Shown: positions 1 through 12,785 of the stretch, piece after piece
Layout of the letters: each line of letters opens with the position of its first letter
Numbering within the stretch: position 1 is the stretch's first letter
Origin: an uncultured Thermoleophilia bacterium
GTDB lineage: Bacteria > Actinomycetota > Thermoleophilia > UBA2241
Assembly (NCBI GenBank): GCA_963695395.1
Contig: CAVOGK010000026.1
Location: forward strand, 60,511 to 124,510
Length of the DNA: 64,000 nucleotides
Direction of reading: 5' to 3'
The notes under the pieces: model-generated
What the model was told of the DNA's origin: nothing
What the model saw: the letters and a program-made list of their open reading frames with translations, nothing else
Database searches by the model: none
Translations under genes and position numbers: made by a program

Positions 1-2
1 TC

Positions 3-289
3 GCCGTCACCTTCGCCCTGCGCTCTCTGCCCTTCGCCGTCCTCCGGCCGCTGCGCGACTCCGCTCTGATCGGGTACCTGAGCCGCCACATGCCGGCCGG
101 CATCATGGTGATCCTCGTGGTGTACACACTGCGCGGCGTCTCGCTGGGCGAGGCGCCGCACGGGCTGCCCGAGGCCCTCGCCATCGCCGTGACCGTCGCA
201 CTGCACCTGCTGGAGGCGCAACGCCGTGGCCAGCATCATCGTGCGGCACGGCGGTCTACATCGCTCTGGTCAACGTGGTGTTCATCTGA
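3..289 (+). CDS. 3' end of an AzlD-like small membrane protein (branched-chain amino acid exporter accessory subunit), partial, with two apparent frameshifts
   Basis: Reading from the window edge gives ...LPFAVLRPL...MPAGIMVILVVYTLRG...ALHL. After two +1 shifts it continues WRRN...GTAVYIALVNVVFI-stop (stop 287-289). Hydrophobic, AzlD-like C-terminus. Gene starts outside the window. Confidence 0.3.
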   Translation, partial: RHLRPALSALRRPPAAARLRSDRVPEPPHAGRHHGDPRGVHTARRLAGRGAARAARGPRHRRDRRTAPAGGATPWPASSCGTAVYIALVNVVFI

Positions 290-881
290 GGTCTGGGCAC
301 GGCGGTGCCGTCGGGCCGGCTTCCCCGGTGCCCCAACGGTCGTTGACGCAGTCCAGGTCCCTTGTCGCCGCGGCCGTCAAGGCTGACGACGATCGTCCCC
401 GTCTTCCTCTCTCGGGCCATGACGGGCGCGTGCGCCACGCCGTGCTGACCAGCGCCGGTCTCGGCGATGCCTTCTTTCGATCCCTGCACATGGCCGACAG
501 GTCCTCGCGCACGCAGCGGTTGAGCATGTGTGCTTCGGAGTGGCTCGAATACTCGCTCGTCAGGTAGATCCGCGAGCCTCCGTTGTCGAGCGACTGCACG
601 CGCCCGTGACAGCCACGGGTCGGGCAGCGCCTGCCCCGCCGCGCCTGACCGAGCAGCCGTCACCGCGTGGTCTCGGTGTCTCGCATCGGCCGGCGGCCAG
701 TCCACGCGCCGCCGCGACCGCACGCCTCCGCGTCCCGGCTCGTTGTCAGCACGGGCAACGGCGGCTTCACAAGGTCCTGGCGGCTCAGGCCTGAGCAGGG
801 CGATCACGGGGTACATGAGGAAATCATTGCTTCGCGTGACATCGAGGGTCGGGGTGACCCCCTTTCAAGGAGACAGAGACC

Positions 882-2087
882 ATGAGACGTAGCCACATCG
901 CGCCGCTCGTCGCGGCGCTCGCCCTGCTCACACTGCTTGTCGCCGTCCCCATCGCGGCGGCGACCGGCAGCAGCTTCAACCCGTCGCTGTCGTGGACCAA
1001 GGTCTACGGCGACGATCCGTCGGGCTGGACCGGCCGTGCCGGCCTTCAGGCCGTCCAGCTGCGCGGCGACTTCTATGTGATGGGCGGCCGCACGCCGGAC
1101 CCGTCGCAGTTCAACCCGTTCGGCAGCATCCTGTGGAACGACGTGTGGAAGAGCCGCGACCTCGGACGCTCGTGGCGCCAGGTGGGCACGGCGCCGTGGG
1201 CCGCCCGCGGCTACTTCCAGGCCGTCACCAAGGACGGCGCCATGTTCGTGCTCGGCGGCCAGAATCTGACCCGGCTGGGCAGCCGTCCGAGTTCTTCAAC
1301 GACGTCTGGAGGTCATACGACGGCAAGAACTGGAAGCAGCTGACCGCCAACGCTCCGTGGAAGGGCCGCGCCGGCCTCAGCGCGATCGTGTTCGGCGGCT
1401 ACATCTACGTCATGGGCGGCAGCAACGGTGACGACGTCGCCATCGGCGGCAGCGGTCGCGAGCTGTTCAACGACGTCTGGCGCTCCCGCGACGGCAAGTC
1501 GTGGCAACAGGTCACCGGCAACGCCGCTTGGCCGGCACGGGCCGGCGCCGCGGTCGTCAAGAAGGCACGGCTACCTGTACCTCCTCGGCGGCGAGGACGG
1601 CTTCCTCTGCACGGTGGGTCCGGCCGGCCTTCAGTGCCCGTACTTCAACGACGTCTGGCGTTCGCGGGACGGCGCCACTGGAAGCAGGTGACGCCGTCCG
1701 CGGCGTGGAGTCCCGCGCCCCGGGCACCAGGCCCAGGTGCTCTACGGCGCGATCGTCGTGTTCGGCGGTTTCGGCTGGCCCTCGCTCGCGGACCCGACGC
1801 AGCCGCCCGGACCCTTCAACCCGTTCCTTCCCGGCCATCCGACCGACCAGTGGTCCAGCCGCGACGGGAAGAACTGGACCCGGTTGCCGGGCAGCCCGTG
1901 GAACGCGACCAGCGCCGCGGACGTCAAGTACGACTTCGACTCGCTCGTGGTCAGGACGGGCCTCTTCGGGCTGCGCCAGTCGATCTACACGTTCGGTGGC
2001 GACCGTGAGATCTCGTTCGTGAACCCCGATCCTTCGCTGGTCGACGACGACGTCTGGCGCGCCACGCCGCGTCTCTGGCGCTGGTAG
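882..2087 (+). pseudogene. Secreted Kelch/beta-propeller repeat protein, broken into four ORF pieces by at least 4 frameshifts
   Basis: N-terminal signal peptide (MRRSHIAPLVAALALLTLLVAVPIAAA). Repeated FNDVWRSxDGKxWxQV and YVMGG motifs continue across ORFs 882-1343, 992-2008, 1428-1691 and 1737-2087 in alternating frames. Confidence 0.55.
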
Positions 2088-2207
2088 TTCGACGCTGACG
2101 CCACCCGCTCGCCGCCGGTCTCGGCGGCGAGCGGGTGAAACGCCGAGGGGCGGGTCCGGCGCAGCCGGACCCGCCCCTCGATGCGTCTTCAGTGCGAACG
2201 CAGGGCC

Positions 2208-2683
2208 TCAGCCCCGCCCGCGCCCCATGGCGATCGTGCCGGTGCGCACGACCTCGAGCACGCCGAGCGGCTGCAGCAACTCCAGCAGGGCCTCCACCTT
2301 GTCGTTGGTGCCGACGACGCGAAGCGTGAGCGTGCGCCGGTCCACGTCGACGATCTTGGCCTTGAAGATCTCGGCGATCTGCAGCGCCTCGGTACGCTTG
2401 TCGCCCTCGCCGGCGACGCGCACCAACAGGAGCTCTGCAGAGACCGAGTTGTCCGGCGCGAGTTCGCGGATCTTGAGCACGTTGATGAGCTTGTGGAGCT
2501 GCTTGGTGACCTGGTCGACCGGGTGCTCGTCGCCGTCGATGACGATGGTGATGCGGGAGAGCCTGGGGTCCTCGCTGAGTCCTACCGCCAGGCTCTCGAT
2601 GTTGAAGCCGCGGCGGGCGAAGAGCCCGGCGACCCGCGTGAGCACGCCGGGCTTGTTCTCGACGAGGATGGAGAGGGTGTGCT

Positions 2684-2687
<4 letters not shown>
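2208..2687 (-). CDS. ilvN: Acetolactate synthase small (regulatory) subunit
   Basis: 159 aa, [33 protein letters not shown]... ACT-domain small subunit. ATGA start/stop overlap with ilvB at 2684-2687. Confidence 0.9.
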
Positions 2688-4404
<1,717 letters not shown>

Positions 4405-4408
<4 letters not shown>

Positions 4409-6066
4409 TGCAGCACTGCTCCCTTCTCCGCGCCGGAGACGAGTTTGACGTAGCGGGCGAGGTACCCGGTTACGCCGTCGCGCGGCGCCATGGGCGGCTG
4501 CGCCGCCTTTCGCCGCGCGATCTCGTCCTCCGGAAGGTCGAGGGTGAGCGTGCGTGCGGGGATGTCGATGCTGATCGTGTCGCCGTCCCGCACGAGACCG
4601 ACAGGGCCGCCAGCGTACGCCTCCGGCGCGACGTGCCCGATGGCCGCCCCGCGCGTCGCGCCGCTGAAGCGGCCGTCGGTGATGAGCGCCACATCCTTGT
4701 CCCGCCCCTGGCCCGCCAGCATCGACGTGGCGCTGAGCATCTCGGGCATTCCCGGCGCGCCCTTGGGCCCCTCGCCGCGGATGACGAGGACGGAGCCGGT
4801 CGCGATGTCACCGCTCGAGATGGCCGCGACCGCCTCCTTCTCGCTCTCGAAGACGCGCGCAGGGCCAGAGTGGCGCAGCATCTCATCGGCGACGGCACCC
4901 TCCTTGACCACCGCGCCGAGCGGGGCGAGGTTGCCGAAGAGCACGGCGAGGCCACCGGTGGCGTGCCATGGGTCGTCGAGCGGCCGGATCACGGTCTTGT
5001 CCACGACCCGAGCGCCGGCCACAGCCTCGCCGACGGTACCCCCGGCGACGCTGAGCGCCGAGCCGTCCATGAGCCCGGCGGCGATCAGCTGCTTCATGAC
5101 GGCCTGGATGCCTCCGGCGTGATAGAGGTCTTCCATATGGTGCGTGCCGGCGGGGGCGATCTTGCAGATGTGCGGCACCCTGGCCGCGACCTCGTTGATG
5201 CGCCGCAGGTCGAAGTCGAGGCCCGCCTCGGTGGCGATCGCCGTAAGGTGGAGCACGGTGTTGGTGCTGCAGCCGAGGCTGGCGTCGGCGGCGAGAGCGT
5301 TGCCGACCGCCGCGTCCGTCAGGATGTCGCGCGGCTTGAGGTCAGCGGCGAGCACGTCCATGACCTTCATGCCGCTGTCCTTGGCGAAGCGGAGGCGCTC
5401 GCTGTACACGGCGGGGATCGTGCCGTTGCCGGGCAGCGCAAGGCCGATGACCTCGGCGAGGCAGTTCATCGAGTTGGCGGTGAACATGCCGGAGCACGAG
5501 CCGCAGGTCGGGCAGGCGCTGCACTCGATGGCCTTGAGCTCCTCGTCGTCGAGCTTGCCCGCCTGATGCTGGCCGACGGCCTCGAAGACACTGTTGAGAT
5601 CGAGGGTGCGGCCCTCCAGGTGGCCGGCGAGCATGGCGCCGCCGCCGACCATGATCGAGGGCACGTTGAGCCGCATCGCCGCCATCATCATGCCGGGGAC
5701 GATCTTGTCGCAGCACGGCACGAGCACGAGGGCGTCGAACGCGTGGGCGATGGTCATCGACTCGACGGTGTCGGCGATGAGCTCGCGGCTGGGCAAGGAG
5801 TAGTGCATGCCGAGGTGGTTCATGGCGAGCCCGTCGCAGATGCCCATCACGCCGAATTCCATGGGCACACCGCCGGCCGACCGCACGCCGGCCTTGACCG
5901 CGTCGACGACGCTGCGCAGGTGCACGTGTCCGGGGACGACCTCGCTGAAGGCGTTGACCACTCCGATGAACGGCCGCTCCATCTCGGCGTCGCTCACACC
6001 GAGCGCGCGCAGCAGTGAACGGTGAGGCGCGCGCGCCAGGCCACGCTTGATCTCGTCGCTTCTCAC
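4405..6066 (-). CDS. ilvD: Dihydroxy-acid dehydratase
   Basis: IlvD/EDD motifs: [42 protein letters not shown]. The long ORF extends to 6333, but the conserved N-terminus (V)[18 protein letters not shown] begins at a GTG at 6066 with GGAGAG upstream. Confidence 0.85.
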
Positions 6067-6277
6067 GGCACTCCACTCTCCTCGTCGCCCGCGGACTGGC
6101 CGCCCCCGCTTCGGGCGGCGGCCACGAGCCTGAAATGATACCGGAAACGCCGCGCCCGCGGGGAGAGGCTGCCGCGATCGCTCGGCGAGTGCGGTCACCG
6201 CCGGTCGCCGGACGATTGGCGGCCGCGGCGGGCGGGCATCTAGGTCGTGAGCACCCGGTGGGACCGAGGTATCAGAA

Positions 6278-6295
6278 TATACCCCCCGGGGTATA
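6278..6295. promoter_or_regulatory. Inverted repeat TATACCCC-cc-GGGGTATA in the divergent ilvD / DUF302-trxA intergenic region; CsoR/RcnR-type operator-like
   Basis: 8-bp arms with a 2-bp spacer, 37 nt upstream of the DUF302 ATG. It overlaps a TATAGG -10-like hexamer. Confidence 0.4.
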
Positions 6296-6331
6296 GGAGT
6301 CGCAGTTCCCCCACCAGCGAGGAGGTTCACC

Positions 6332-6724
6332 ATGCAAGGAGTGGAGTACGGCGTCGGCCGTTTCCTTGATGAACCCTACGAGGCCGCCAAGGCCCGGGTC
6401 ATCGAGGCCTTGAAGGTCGAGGGCTTCGGCGTCCTCACGGAGATCGACGTCAAGGCGACGATGAAGGAGAAGCTCGACGTCGACGTCCCGCCCCACACCA
6501 TCCTCGGCGCGTGCAACCCGAAGCTGGCCCACGCGGCGATCGAGGTCGAGCCCGACCTGGGCGTGCTGCTCCCGTGCAACGTCGTCGTCTACGCGACCGA
6601 CGAGGGCACCCGCGTGACCGCGGTCAACGCCGGCGCGATGCTGGGCATGGTGGGCAACGAGCGCCTGGCGCCGATCGCCGAGGAGGTCCAGGCGCGCTTG
6701 AACAGAGTCCTCGAGAGCCTGTGA
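6332..6724 (+). CDS. DUF302-family protein
   Basis: 130 aa. GGAGG SD 7 nt upstream. The sequence pattern is typical of DUF302. Confidence 0.6.
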   Translation: MQGVEYGVGRFLDEPYEAAKARVIEALKVEGFGVLTEIDVKATMKEKLDVDVPPHTILGACNPKLAHAAIEVEPDLGVLLPCNVVVYATDEGTRVTAVNAGAMLGMVGNERLAPIAEEVQARLNRVLESL

Positions 6725-6779
6725 GACAATCACGACCAACGGGCAGGGCCAGTACCTGCCGTCCCAAGGAGGAGACCAC

Positions 6780-7103
6780 GTGGCAAGCGAAGTGAAGACC
6801 CTGACCGACGCGACGTTCGACACCGAGGTCGCGGACACCGGAACGCCGATGATCGTCGATTTCTGGGCGCCCTGGTGCGGCCCCTGCCGCATGGTCGGCC
6901 CCGTGATCGACGAGATCGCCCAGGAGCAGGGGGACAAGGTGAGCGTCGGCAAGGTCAACGTCGACGAGAATCCCGCGACGGCTCAGAAGTACGGCATCAT
7001 GAGCATCCCGACGATCATCCTCTTCAAGGACGGCGAGCCGGCCAAGAAGGTCATCGGGGCGCGCTCCAAAGCCGACTTCCTGCGCGAGTTCGAACTGGCC
7101 TGA
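6780..7103 (+). CDS. trxA: Thioredoxin
   Basis: 107 aa with FWAPWCGPC active site. GTG start preceded by AAGGAGGAG. Confidence 0.9.
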   Translation: MASEVKTLTDATFDTEVADTGTPMIVDFWAPWCGPCRMVGPVIDEIAQEQGDKVSVGKVNVDENPATAQKYGIMSIPTIILFKDGEPAKKVIGARSKADFLREFELA

Positions 7104-7190
7104 GCACACCCCGTCGCCGCCCAGCGCCGCTGGCGGACAGACCGTTCCAGTCGAAGAGCGCGGCCCTGTGGGCCGCAGGCGTAACCCGAA

Positions 7191-7218
7191 GGGGCGGCCG
7201 TGAGGCCGCCCCTTTCAC
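7191..7218. terminator. Hairpin GGGGCGGCC-gtga-GGCCGCCCC followed by TTTCAC, between convergent trxA and glnB
   Basis: 9-bp perfect GC stem, 4-nt loop, T-run on the plus side. Candidate bidirectional terminator. Confidence 0.5.
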
Positions 7219-7220
7219 GC

Positions 7221-7246
7221 GAGAGGCCCGGCATGCCGGGCCTCTC
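7221..7246. terminator. 26-bp perfect palindrome GAGAGGCCCGGCATGCCGGGCCTCTC immediately after the first hairpin
   Basis: Perfect self-complementarity. Tandem with the 7191-7218 hairpin in a convergent intergenic gap. Confidence 0.4.
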
Positions 7247-7288
7247 GCGTGTCGTGCCTGGACTTGTGGCCTCAGGGCCGCGCGCGGC

Positions 7289-7630
7289 TCACGTGATGGC
7301 GTCGCGGCCGCGCTGGCCGGTGCGCGTGCGCACGGCGTCGTCGATCGGGAGCACGAAGATCTTGCCCTCGCCGATCTGGTTGCTCTTGAGAGAGTGGGAG
7401 ATGGCGGCGACGATGCGCTCGACGTCCTTCTCGAGCACGACCATCTCGACCTTCATCTTGGGGTGGAAGCGGTACTCGCCCGGCTTCGTATCTTCGCCGC
7501 GCGTGAACCCCTTCTGGACGCCGAAGCCTTTGACCTCGGCGACCGACATACCGACCACGCCCTCGACCGCCAGGGCCTCGGCCACGGTGTCGAGGTTGTA
7601 CGGCTGGATGTAGCACTCGATCTTCTTCAT
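7289..7630 (-). CDS. glnB: Nitrogen regulatory protein PII (GlnB/GlnK family)
   Basis: MKKIECYIQPYNLDTVAEAL... 113 aa. ATG at 7630 with AAAGGAG SD. The ORF-track start at 7723 is an upstream extension. Confidence 0.9.
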   Translation of the reverse strand: MKKIECYIQPYNLDTVAEALAVEGVVGMSVAEVKGFGVQKGFTRGEDTKPGEYRFHPKMKVEMVVLEKDVERIVAAISHSLKSNQIGEGKIFVLPIDDAVRTRTGQRGRDAIT

Positions 7631-7729
7631 GCTCGCCGCTCCTTTCAGCCCACCGGGCTTGTGACCCGGCGGGATGCGCTCAACTGATACGCAAGCTTGT
7701 GCTGCGTCGTACCTGCCCCACAAGGTGTC

Positions 7730-9136
<1,407 letters not shown>

Positions 9137-9423
9137 TCAGGCTTCGCACACGCCGCGCGCGCCCGGACGACAAGAGCGCGAGGCGCCCGGAGTATACGCC
9201 CTCGCCCGCCACCCCGCAGTCGCCATCCGGGCCAAACTTGGGCGGTGCACGTGGGCCACTTGGTACACCGTGGCGAACCGGCGCGCGTAGGGACCGCAGT
9301 GGCCGGCTGCCGTGTCTGCCGCGGGTGGCGGGCCAAGCCTTCCGAACCCGCCACATTCGCTCGTCATGTCTTGGACATTTAGTACAAGTAGAGGGCGTCT
9401 GGTTGGCTCTCCTCTCGCCCTCA

Positions 9424-9452
9424 TTGACTAGGACCCGGCACGCTCCTATAGT
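9424..9452 (+). promoter_or_regulatory. Consensus sigma70-type promoter TTGACT-N17-TATAGT upstream of abfD
   Basis: Perfect -35/-10 hexamers with a 17-nt spacer, 148 nt upstream of the abfD ATG. A palindrome ATGTCttgGACAT lies at 9366-9378 upstream. Confidence 0.45.
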
Positions 9453-9599
9453 GATTCACGAGGGCGCCAGGAGTCATCCCGACTGCTTCCGCCCCGCCGC
9501 ACCGAATCAACGCGCGAGCGCTCCCGCTTCTGCGCGCGCCCGCGCCCGCCAGGCCAGCGCAGCGCCCGACCCCCGAGGGCGCCAGGAAGGAGTGCACGC

Positions 9600-11099
9600 A
9601 TGGCTCTCAGAACGCCTGAGGAGTTCATCCAGAGCCTCGCCGATCTGCACCTGCAGATCTACCTGTTCGGCGAGAAGGTCGACGACTACGTCAACCACCC
9701 CGTCATCCGCCCCAGCATCAACTGCATCGCCATGACCTACGAACTCGCGGCCCAGCCCGAGTACGAGGACCTGATGCTGGCGACCAGCCATCTCACCGGG
9801 AAGCGGATCAACCGCTTCTCGCACATCCACCAGTCGACGGAGGATCTGTCCAAGAAGGTCAAGATGCAGCGCCTGCTGGGCCAGAAGACCGGCTCCTGCT
9901 TCCAGCGCTGCGTCGGCATGGATGCGATCAATGCCCTCTACTCGGTCACCTACGAGACCGACCAGGCCAGGGGCACCGAGTACCACGAGCGGTTCAAGAA
10001 GTACGTGCAGTACCTGCAGGACAACGACCTCGTCGCCGACGGCGCCATGACGGACCCCAAGGGCGACCGCTCCCTGCCGCCGCACCAGCAGCCCGACCCG
10101 GACGTGTACGTGCACGTCGTCGAGAGGCGCGATGACGGCATCGTGGTGAGCGGCGCCAAGGCCCACCAGACCGGCGCCTGCAATTCGCACGAGATCATCG
10201 TCATGCCGACGGTGGCGATGCGCGAGGGCGACGAGGATTTCGCGGTGAGCTTCAGCTGTCCGGCCAACGCCGAGGGCGTGTACTACATCTACGGCCGCCA
10301 GAGCTGCGACACACGCAAGTTCGAGGAGTCGGACCTGGACGTCGGCAACATGCGCTACGGCGGCCAGGAAGCGCTGATGGTGTTCGAGAACGTGTTCGTC
10401 CCGTGGGACCGGGTGTTCCTGTGCGGCGAGATCGAGTTCTCCGGCGCGCTCGTCGAGCGCTTCGCCGGCTTCCACCGTCAGAGCTACGGCGGCTGCAAGG
10501 TCGGCGTCGGCGACGTGCTGATCGGCGCCGCCGCGACGGCCGCCGACATGAACGGCGTCGCCAGAGCCAGCCACATCAAGGACAAGCTCATCGAGATGAC
10601 CCACCTCAACGAGACGCTGTTCTCGTGCGGGCTGGCCTGCTCCTACGAGGGCGTCAAGATGCCGGCCGGCAACTACCAGATCGACATGCTGCTGGCCAAC
10701 GTCTGCAAGCAGAACGTGACCCGCTTCCCCTACGAGATCGCCCGCCTGGCCGAGGACATCGCCGGCGGCCTCATGGTCACCATGCCGTCGGCCCAGGACC
10801 TCGCAGACGAGAAGATCGGACCCATCGTCGAGAAGTACTTCGCCGGCCAGTGCGACACGCCGACGATCGACCGCATGCGCGTCCTGCGCCTCATCGAGAA
10901 CCTGACCATCGGCGCCGGCGCCGTCGGCTACCGGACCGAGTCGATGCACGGCGCAGGCTCCCCGCAGGCGCAGCGCATCATGATCGCCCGCCAGTCGAAC
11001 CTGAACCACAAGAAGGATCTGGCCAAGGCCATCGCCGAGGTCGGCAAGCCGTGGGACAAGGCGAAGGTCAAGTCGCCGACCGCGGTCTACCCGGACTGA
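9600..11099 (+). CDS. abfD: 4-hydroxybutyryl-CoA dehydratase / vinylacetyl-CoA isomerase
   Basis: 499 aa, high similarity to Clostridium aminobutyricum AbfD. Motifs IRPSINCIAMTYELA, KVKMQRLLGQKTGSCFQRCVGMDA (Fe-S Cys pair), ESMHGAGSPQAQRIMIAR. Confidence 0.9.
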   Translation: MALRTPEEFIQSLADLHLQIYLFGEKVDDYVNHPVIRPSINCIAMTYELAAQPEYEDLMLATSHLTGKRINRFSHIHQSTEDLSKKVKMQRLLGQKTGSCFQRCVGMDAINALYSVTYETDQARGTEYHERFKKYVQYLQDNDLVADGAMTDPKGDRSLPPHQQPDPDVYVHVVERRDDGIVVSGAKAHQTGACNSHEIIVMPTVAMREGDEDFAVSFSCPANAEGVYYIYGRQSCDTRKFEESDLDVGNMRYGGQEALMVFENVFVPWDRVFLCGEIEFSGALVERFAGFHRQSYGGCKVGVGDVLIGAAATAADMNGVARASHIKDKLIEMTHLNETLFSCGLACSYEGVKMPAGNYQIDMLLANVCKQNVTRFPYEIARLAEDIAGGLMVTMPSAQDLADEKIGPIVEKYFAGQCDTPTIDRMRVLRLIENLTIGAGAVGYRTESMHGAGSPQAQRIMIARQSNLNHKKDLAKAIAEVGKPWDKAKVKSPTAVYPD

Positions 11100-11101
11100 C
11101 C

Positions 11102-11443
11102 ATGACCGACGACGGCACGCCGGCGGAGAAGCGCGTGGAGGTCGTGTACTGCGGGGGCTGCAACCCCCACATCGACCGTTCCGCCGTCGCCGTCGGCCTG
11201 CCCGTCGACGACCCGGAAGTACCCCCGGGGACGACCGTGCACCTCAGCGGCTGTCCCCGGGCGTGCGCGTCCGGGCACCAGCTCGTCGCGGAGGGCGGTG
11301 AGCAGGCCGTACGTGGTGCGGAAGGCGCCCCCTCCGGCCGCCCCGCGGCGCCAGTGGTCGTGATCGCGGGCGAGCTCGTCGACGGCGTCCCCACGCCGTC
11401 CGCCGAGATCGTCCCCACCGTAACGCGCAAGCTCAAGGAGTGA
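11102..11443 (+). CDS. Small Cys-rich protein (113 aa; CGGC...GCPRAC) translationally coupled between abfD and abfT
   Basis: ATG 3 nt after the abfD stop. Stop overlaps the abfT region. Four Cys in two C-x2/3-C pairs. Not recognised as a known family. Confidence 0.45.
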   Translation: MTDDGTPAEKRVEVVYCGGCNPHIDRSAVAVGLPVDDPEVPPGTTVHLSGCPRACASGHQLVAEGGEQAVRGAEGAPSGRPAAPVVVIAGELVDGVPTPSAEIVPTVTRKLKE

Positions 11444-11448
11444 AGGGG

Positions 11449-12780
11449 ATGGACTGGAAAACGGAGTACGCCGGCAAGCGCGTCACGGCCGCCGAGGCCA
11501 TGAAGTGCGTCAGGTCCGGCGACCGCGTCGTGTTCGCACACGCCTGCGGCGAGCCGCTCGACCTCGTCGACGCGCTCGTCGCCCGCGCCGGCGAGCTCGA
11601 GCGCGTCGAGATCAACCACATGGTCGCGATGGGCAAGGGCGAGTACGCCCGGCCTGAGTACGCCGACTCGTTCTTCCACAAGTCTCTGTTCGTCGGCGCC
11701 AGCACCCGCGAGGCGGTGAGAGACGGTCGCGGCGACTACATCCCCGTCTTCTTCAGCGAGATCCCCAAGCTGTTCTGCGAAGGCTATCTGCCGCCGGACG
11801 TGGTACTCGTCCACGTCTCGCCCCCCGACAAGCACGGCTTCTGCTCCTTCGGCATCTCGGTGGACTACACGAAGCCGGCGGCCCAGGTGGCGAAGACGGT
11901 CGTCGCGCAGGTGAACCCCAAGATGCCGCGCACCCACGGCGACTCGTTCATCCACGTGTCCGAGATCGACCACATCGTCGAGAGCGAGCAGGACATCGTC
12001 GAGCTGCGGCCACCGCGGATCGGCCCGGTCGAGGAGGCCATCGGCAAGCACATCGCCGGCCTCGTGGACGACGGCTCCTGCCTGCAGCTCGGCATCGGCG
12101 GCATCCCCGACGCGGTGCTGCTGTTCCTGCACGACAAGAACGATCTCGGCATCCACAGCGAGATGTTCAGCGAGGGCGTCGTCGACCTCTACAACGAGGG
12201 CGTGATCACCAACCGCAACAAGGCGATCAACCGCGACAAGATGACGGCGACCTTCCTCATGGGTACGCGCCGCCTCTACGACTTCGTCGACGACAACCCG
12301 GCCGTCAACATGTTCCCGGTCAACATCACCAACGACCCGTACCTGATCGGCCAGAACGACCGCGTCGTCGCCATCAACTCCGCCCTGCAGGTCGACCTCA
12401 TGGGCCAGGTCGTGGCCGACACGATGGGCGCCAACCAGTTCACCGGCATCGGCGGCCAGGTCGACTTCGTGCGCGGCGCCGCCCGGAGCCGCGACGGCAA
12501 GGCGATCATCGCCTTGCCGTCCACGGCGAAGAAGGGCGCCGTCTCGCGCATCGTGGCGGCGCTCTCGCCGGGCACCGCGGTGACGACCATGCGCGCCGAC
12601 GTCGACTACATCGTCACCGAGCACGGCGTCGCCCACCTGCGCGGCCTCGGGTTGCGCGAGCGCGCCGAGGCCCTCATCGCCATCGCCGATCCGGCGTTCA
12701 GAGACCAGATCCGGAGGGAGGCGGCCGAGGTGTACGGGGTCGGCCGCCTGCCCCATCAATCGCTCACCAAGGAGAGCTGA
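11449..12780 (+). CDS. abfT: 4-hydroxybutyrate CoA-transferase (acetyl-CoA hydrolase/transferase family)
   Basis: MDWKTEYAGKRVTAAEAM... Strong similarity to C. aminobutyricum AbfT/Cat2. AAGGAG SD before the ATG at 11449. The ORF track starts at GTG 11440. Confidence 0.85.
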   Translation: MDWKTEYAGKRVTAAEAMKCVRSGDRVVFAHACGEPLDLVDALVARAGELERVEINHMVAMGKGEYARPEYADSFFHKSLFVGASTREAVRDGRGDYIPVFFSEIPKLFCEGYLPPDVVLVHVSPPDKHGFCSFGISVDYTKPAAQVAKTVVAQVNPKMPRTHGDSFIHVSEIDHIVESEQDIVELRPPRIGPVEEAIGKHIAGLVDDGSCLQLGIGGIPDAVLLFLHDKNDLGIHSEMFSEGVVDLYNEGVITNRNKAINRDKMTATFLMGTRRLYDFVDDNPAVNMFPVNITNDPYLIGQNDRVVAINSALQVDLMGQVVADTMGANQFTGIGGQVDFVRGAARSRDGKAIIALPSTAKKGAVSRIVAALSPGTAVTTMRADVDYIVTEHGVAHLRGLGLRERAEALIAIADPAFRDQIRREAAEVYGVGRLPHQSLTKES

Positions 12781-12785
12781 GAGCC

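Noticed and set aside
282-599. Minus-strand ORF (V)QSLDNGGSRIYLTSEYSSHSEAHMLNRCVRED... with lower-GC codons
   Set aside because: The first ~40 codons look protein-like. However there is no recognisable family and no RBS, and the ORF overlaps the azlD-like 3' end. It may be a gene fragment but cannot be supported.
6067-6331. Possible ilv leader peptide/attenuator upstream of ilvD
   Set aside because: A GC stem (GGCCGCCGCCC-gaag-CGGGGGCGGCC) exists in the leader. The only small ORF there ([14 protein letters not shown]) lacks Val/Ile/Leu codon runs, so classical attenuation is not supported.
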